Of a stretch of 64,000 bases of DNA, positions 63,911 to 64,000 are shown in pieces (position 1 is the first letter of the stretch; every line of letters starts with the position of its first letter). A program made the position numbers and the translations under genes. A model generated the notes under the pieces. It searched no databases, was not told where the DNA came from, and worked only from the letters and a program-made list of their open reading frames with translations. The stretch is from Acidimicrobiales bacterium (GTDB taxonomy: Bacteria > Actinomycetota > Acidimicrobiia > Acidimicrobiales > Acidimicrobilacustridaceae): the NCBI GenBank assembly GCA_026419545.1, contig JANZZE010000001.1, forward strand, positions 904-64,903. The letters run 5' to 3'.

Positions 63911-64000
63911 CGGTAGTGTAAACCCGACCAGACTGATCGACTATTCCGGCCGCCGGATTTTGGTCGGGGGTCATCAATGCTCGTGGACACGAACCTCCGT

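Overview
High-GC, gene-dense chromosomal core segment whose gene order matches the conserved housekeeping backbone of Actinobacteriota. The taxon is inferred from synteny and protein N-termini only.

Gene order, left to right:
- hsp20 (partial), pckG, a CSD-like gene, rpmB, and a secreted S8 protease.
- yloV-recG-rsmD-coaD, a DivIVA-like gene, then yceD-rpmF-plsX, a gap, and acpP-rnc-mutM.
- DUF808, smc, and an inserted block: zinc-ribbon protein, coiled-coil protein, Tat-esterase, MoxR-DUF58-VWA, and an OmpR-type regulator/histidine kinase/HtrA module.
- ftsY, a BON-domain gene, ffh-rpsP-KH-rimM-trmD-rplS, DUF2469 and yraN.
- A second inserted block: alpha/beta hydrolase, histidine phosphatase, two small proteins and cytochrome c.
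- yifB-dprA, an antisense HpaB/AbfD-like gene, xerC, a WhiG/FliA-type sigma factor, and an M23-lipase fusion.
- rpsB-tsf-pyrH-frr-cdsA-dxr, an M50 protease, ispG, rimP-nusA-infB, a thioredoxin-like gene and DUF4395.

I found no rRNA, tRNA, CRISPR array, transposase or integrase, prophage or recognisable defence cassette. I do not see a convincing novel multi-gene system.

The most unusual signal is non-coding. At least six intergenic loci each carry a two-copy direct repeat of 25-38 nt, perfect or with one mismatch. The repeat sequence differs at every locus, but the copy-to-copy offset is always 70-75 bp. Two of these repeats include a stop codon.

Secondary points of interest:
- An S8 protease with three divergent-at-DNA but conserved-at-protein C-terminal domain repeats.
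- An M23 peptidase fused to a lipase-like hydrolase.
- A long N-terminal extension on CdsA.
- An AT-rich nested palindrome.
- An unexplained 590-bp non-coding gap between plsX and acpP.

All calls rest on reading the translated ORFs and the DNA by eye. No database search was run.
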